Assembly: GCF_964355755.1 (NCBI RefSeq)
Contig: NC_092675.1
Location: 6,753,812 to 6,817,811, forward strand
Source: Antedon mediterranea
Lineage: Eukaryota > Animalia > Echinodermata
DNA length: 64,000 nucleotides
Direction: 5' to 3'
Shown here: piece by piece, positions 62,201 to 64,000 of the stretch
Numbering within the stretch: position 1 is the first letter of the stretch
Layout: each line of letters opens with the position of its first letter
The notes under the pieces: model-generated
Seen by the model: only the letters and a program-made list of their open reading frames with translations
Databases searched by the model: none
Told to the model about the DNA's origin: nothing
Position numbers and translations under genes: made by a program

Positions 62201-62616
62201 ATTGGTCACATGCATCTAACCAGACAGGCCAGACTTAAGCCGGAATTCCGGATAAAAATCGTTAAACCGTTCATAGTAACGAATTCCGTATAAAACGTAC
62301 GTGTATGATCAAAAAACGTAACATAGCCACGAGGTGTCAGTGTGAACGTATCATAAGAGAACAATTTGTTTATACTGTAGGCCTATTATGATTTACGCAC
62401 AATTTTGGTTAAATACATTGATTGTAATTTTACAATGTAGGCCTACGGCATAGGTCAACCGTACATTTGCAATTTCGGATTCTTCCTAAAATCACTTTTT
62501 TATTTTGTTTAAAATTATAATAAACATAATTTATTGTTATTTTCAGGCTTGCGCTTTGTGGTACAGGTTATGGAATTAGACCGGAAAGAACAGCGTCTTT
62601 TAACAGACTTTGTTAA
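56297..62616 (+). CDS. Pancreatic lipase/PLA1-like protein L5, intact triad (GFSLG), 456 aa
   Basis: Exons 56297-56363, 57127-57449, 58928-59039, 59344-59457, 59551-59661, 60013-60258, 61694-61850, 61968-62138, 62547-62616; sum 1371 nt. Signal peptide near-identical to L4; GFSLGAH, GLDPAG, CDHKRA. Confidence 0.93.
58175..58886 (+). mobile_element. 5'-truncated CR1/L2-clade LINE 3' fragment with (TAT)n tail, in L5 intron 2
   Basis: Degenerate ORF2 C-terminus ([17 protein letters not shown]..; [18 protein letters not shown]) and a (TAT)n tail at 58857-58886. Confidence 0.7.
60466..61298 (+). mobile_element. 5'-truncated L2-clade LINE fragment in L5 intron 6
   Basis: [47 protein letters not shown] (ORF2 C-terminus), then frameshifts; 3' end GCGCTATATGAAT plus an (AAAACCAT)3 tail. 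Confidence 0.85.
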
Positions 62617-64000
62617 CGTCTGAAAACGAGAAACGAACGTTTGTAACAAGCATGATTGTAGAGTAGAGCTTTATTATTGAAATAAAAGAAATGTTATTTT
62701 TGCAAATTACCATTCCTCCAATAAACACTATTTCAATTTAGAATAAATATGCAACAATTAAAAAATCAAGATGACAATATACCGAAGAATAATAACTGTT
62801 AATTATACTAAAAATATTTAAATAGAATGTTAAACATTTTTTTTAGAAGATTAGTAGCAGCAATAATAAAAAAAAAGTGGCATCACTAACTGTTCTTCTT
62901 TCTTTTATTATAGACAGTAACTTATGATATATAAAACATTATATAAGATTTATTATTATACAGAGAAACACTTTGGACTAAAACTGGGAGCCTTTCATTA
63001 CCAATATATTTGAACTATTAAAACACTGTTTCCTAAACTTAAAGAACTAGCACAGCCAAGGCAATACATTGCTAAAACGTTATTGGTGTAAAAGTGTTGT
63101 TTTGGATATAAGCTGTTTTTCAGCAATATGAACAAGTCCTATTGATATTGCAGGGAGTGAATGCTTGTATTAATGTGGAATTCTTATCAATTGGACACTT
63201 TCCTGTAAAAACGAACAAGGTTAAATGTAATGTTTTAATGGGAAACCCTATTCAGGGGACGCCATATTATTAAGAGGAACTTGTTTGGGTTCCAAAGTTG
63301 TTTTCTTACGGGTTCTACAATAGTTTTTCAGTTACAAATACCACTTTATAACTATTTAGAGTATGTGTGCATACATCGGCAGTTTAACCAAACATCTAAC
63401 ATTACCTCGACAATAGTTAAAGATGTATTGTCTCTTGAAACACAAAAAATTGAAAAAAAAATATTCTAAATTTAAATTGGCCATATCAAAGTAATATTAA
63501 AGTTATTCACTTTAAGTCGAAAATTCGAGCCAAAAACAACAAGTTTACGTAATTAACAGGTAAATTAATTTGATTACATTTCATCTGGGAAATCGTCGCA
63601 AGCGAAAGTAAACAAAGATTTCAAACCATGAGTATGCATTATGCATGATGCTAATTAGGATTGTTTAAAACTCGTCACGGTTGAGAAGGTGTTTTCACAC
63701 AGATCGCGAGGAAGTTTTATGATTATGCATACAGAGTAGCCAAACAAGCGCATTGCATTATGAGATATGTTATGATTGAAAACTTGACCGGAAGTCAAAG
63801 TTATTTTTTGAACAAAAAAACATCTGTATTTCGGTTAAATAATTTTTTTTTTCGACTAATTTTTGGTGAAAGTTAATAACTATTATGATACTTCAAAATT
63901 ACCCACTTTTTTTCGAAATGAAAAAAAAAAAATTTTTTTTGGGGAATTAGTCAAAGGGACAATACATCTTTAATGATCTTTTTGAATATTCGATTTTTCT

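Overview
AT-rich, intron-containing animal genomic DNA. The TAGGCCTA over-representation and repeat content suggest an invertebrate deuterostome such as an echinoderm, but that is inference. The window holds a tandem + strand cluster of five pancreatic-lipase-family genes (L1-L5), all with the same intron positions and phases; L2-L5 have 9 exons and L1 is 5'-truncated by the window edge. Two lipases keep fully open reading frames but have lost the catalytic serine: L1 reads GHNLG and L4 reads GFALG. Each is next in the lipase series to an intact closest relative (L2, L5). Inside the cluster is a 4-exon gene for a 155-aa secreted protein made only of a signal peptide plus the lipase C-terminal PLAT domain. 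Two - strand paralogues encode cytosolic ZU5-UPA-death-domain (UNC5/UNC5CL-like) proteins with an HFT variant of the HFS autoproteolysis motif. Orphan terminal exons mark duplication junctions. Intergenic and intronic DNA is dense with non-autonomous DNA transposons (several with readable TSDs and nesting), SINE and LINE fragments, one tRNA-like cloverleaf with an ATC anticodon, and one Penelope-type minimal hammerhead motif. All gene models were assembled by eye from GT-AG sites, phase compatibility and paralogue comparison; no database searches were run.
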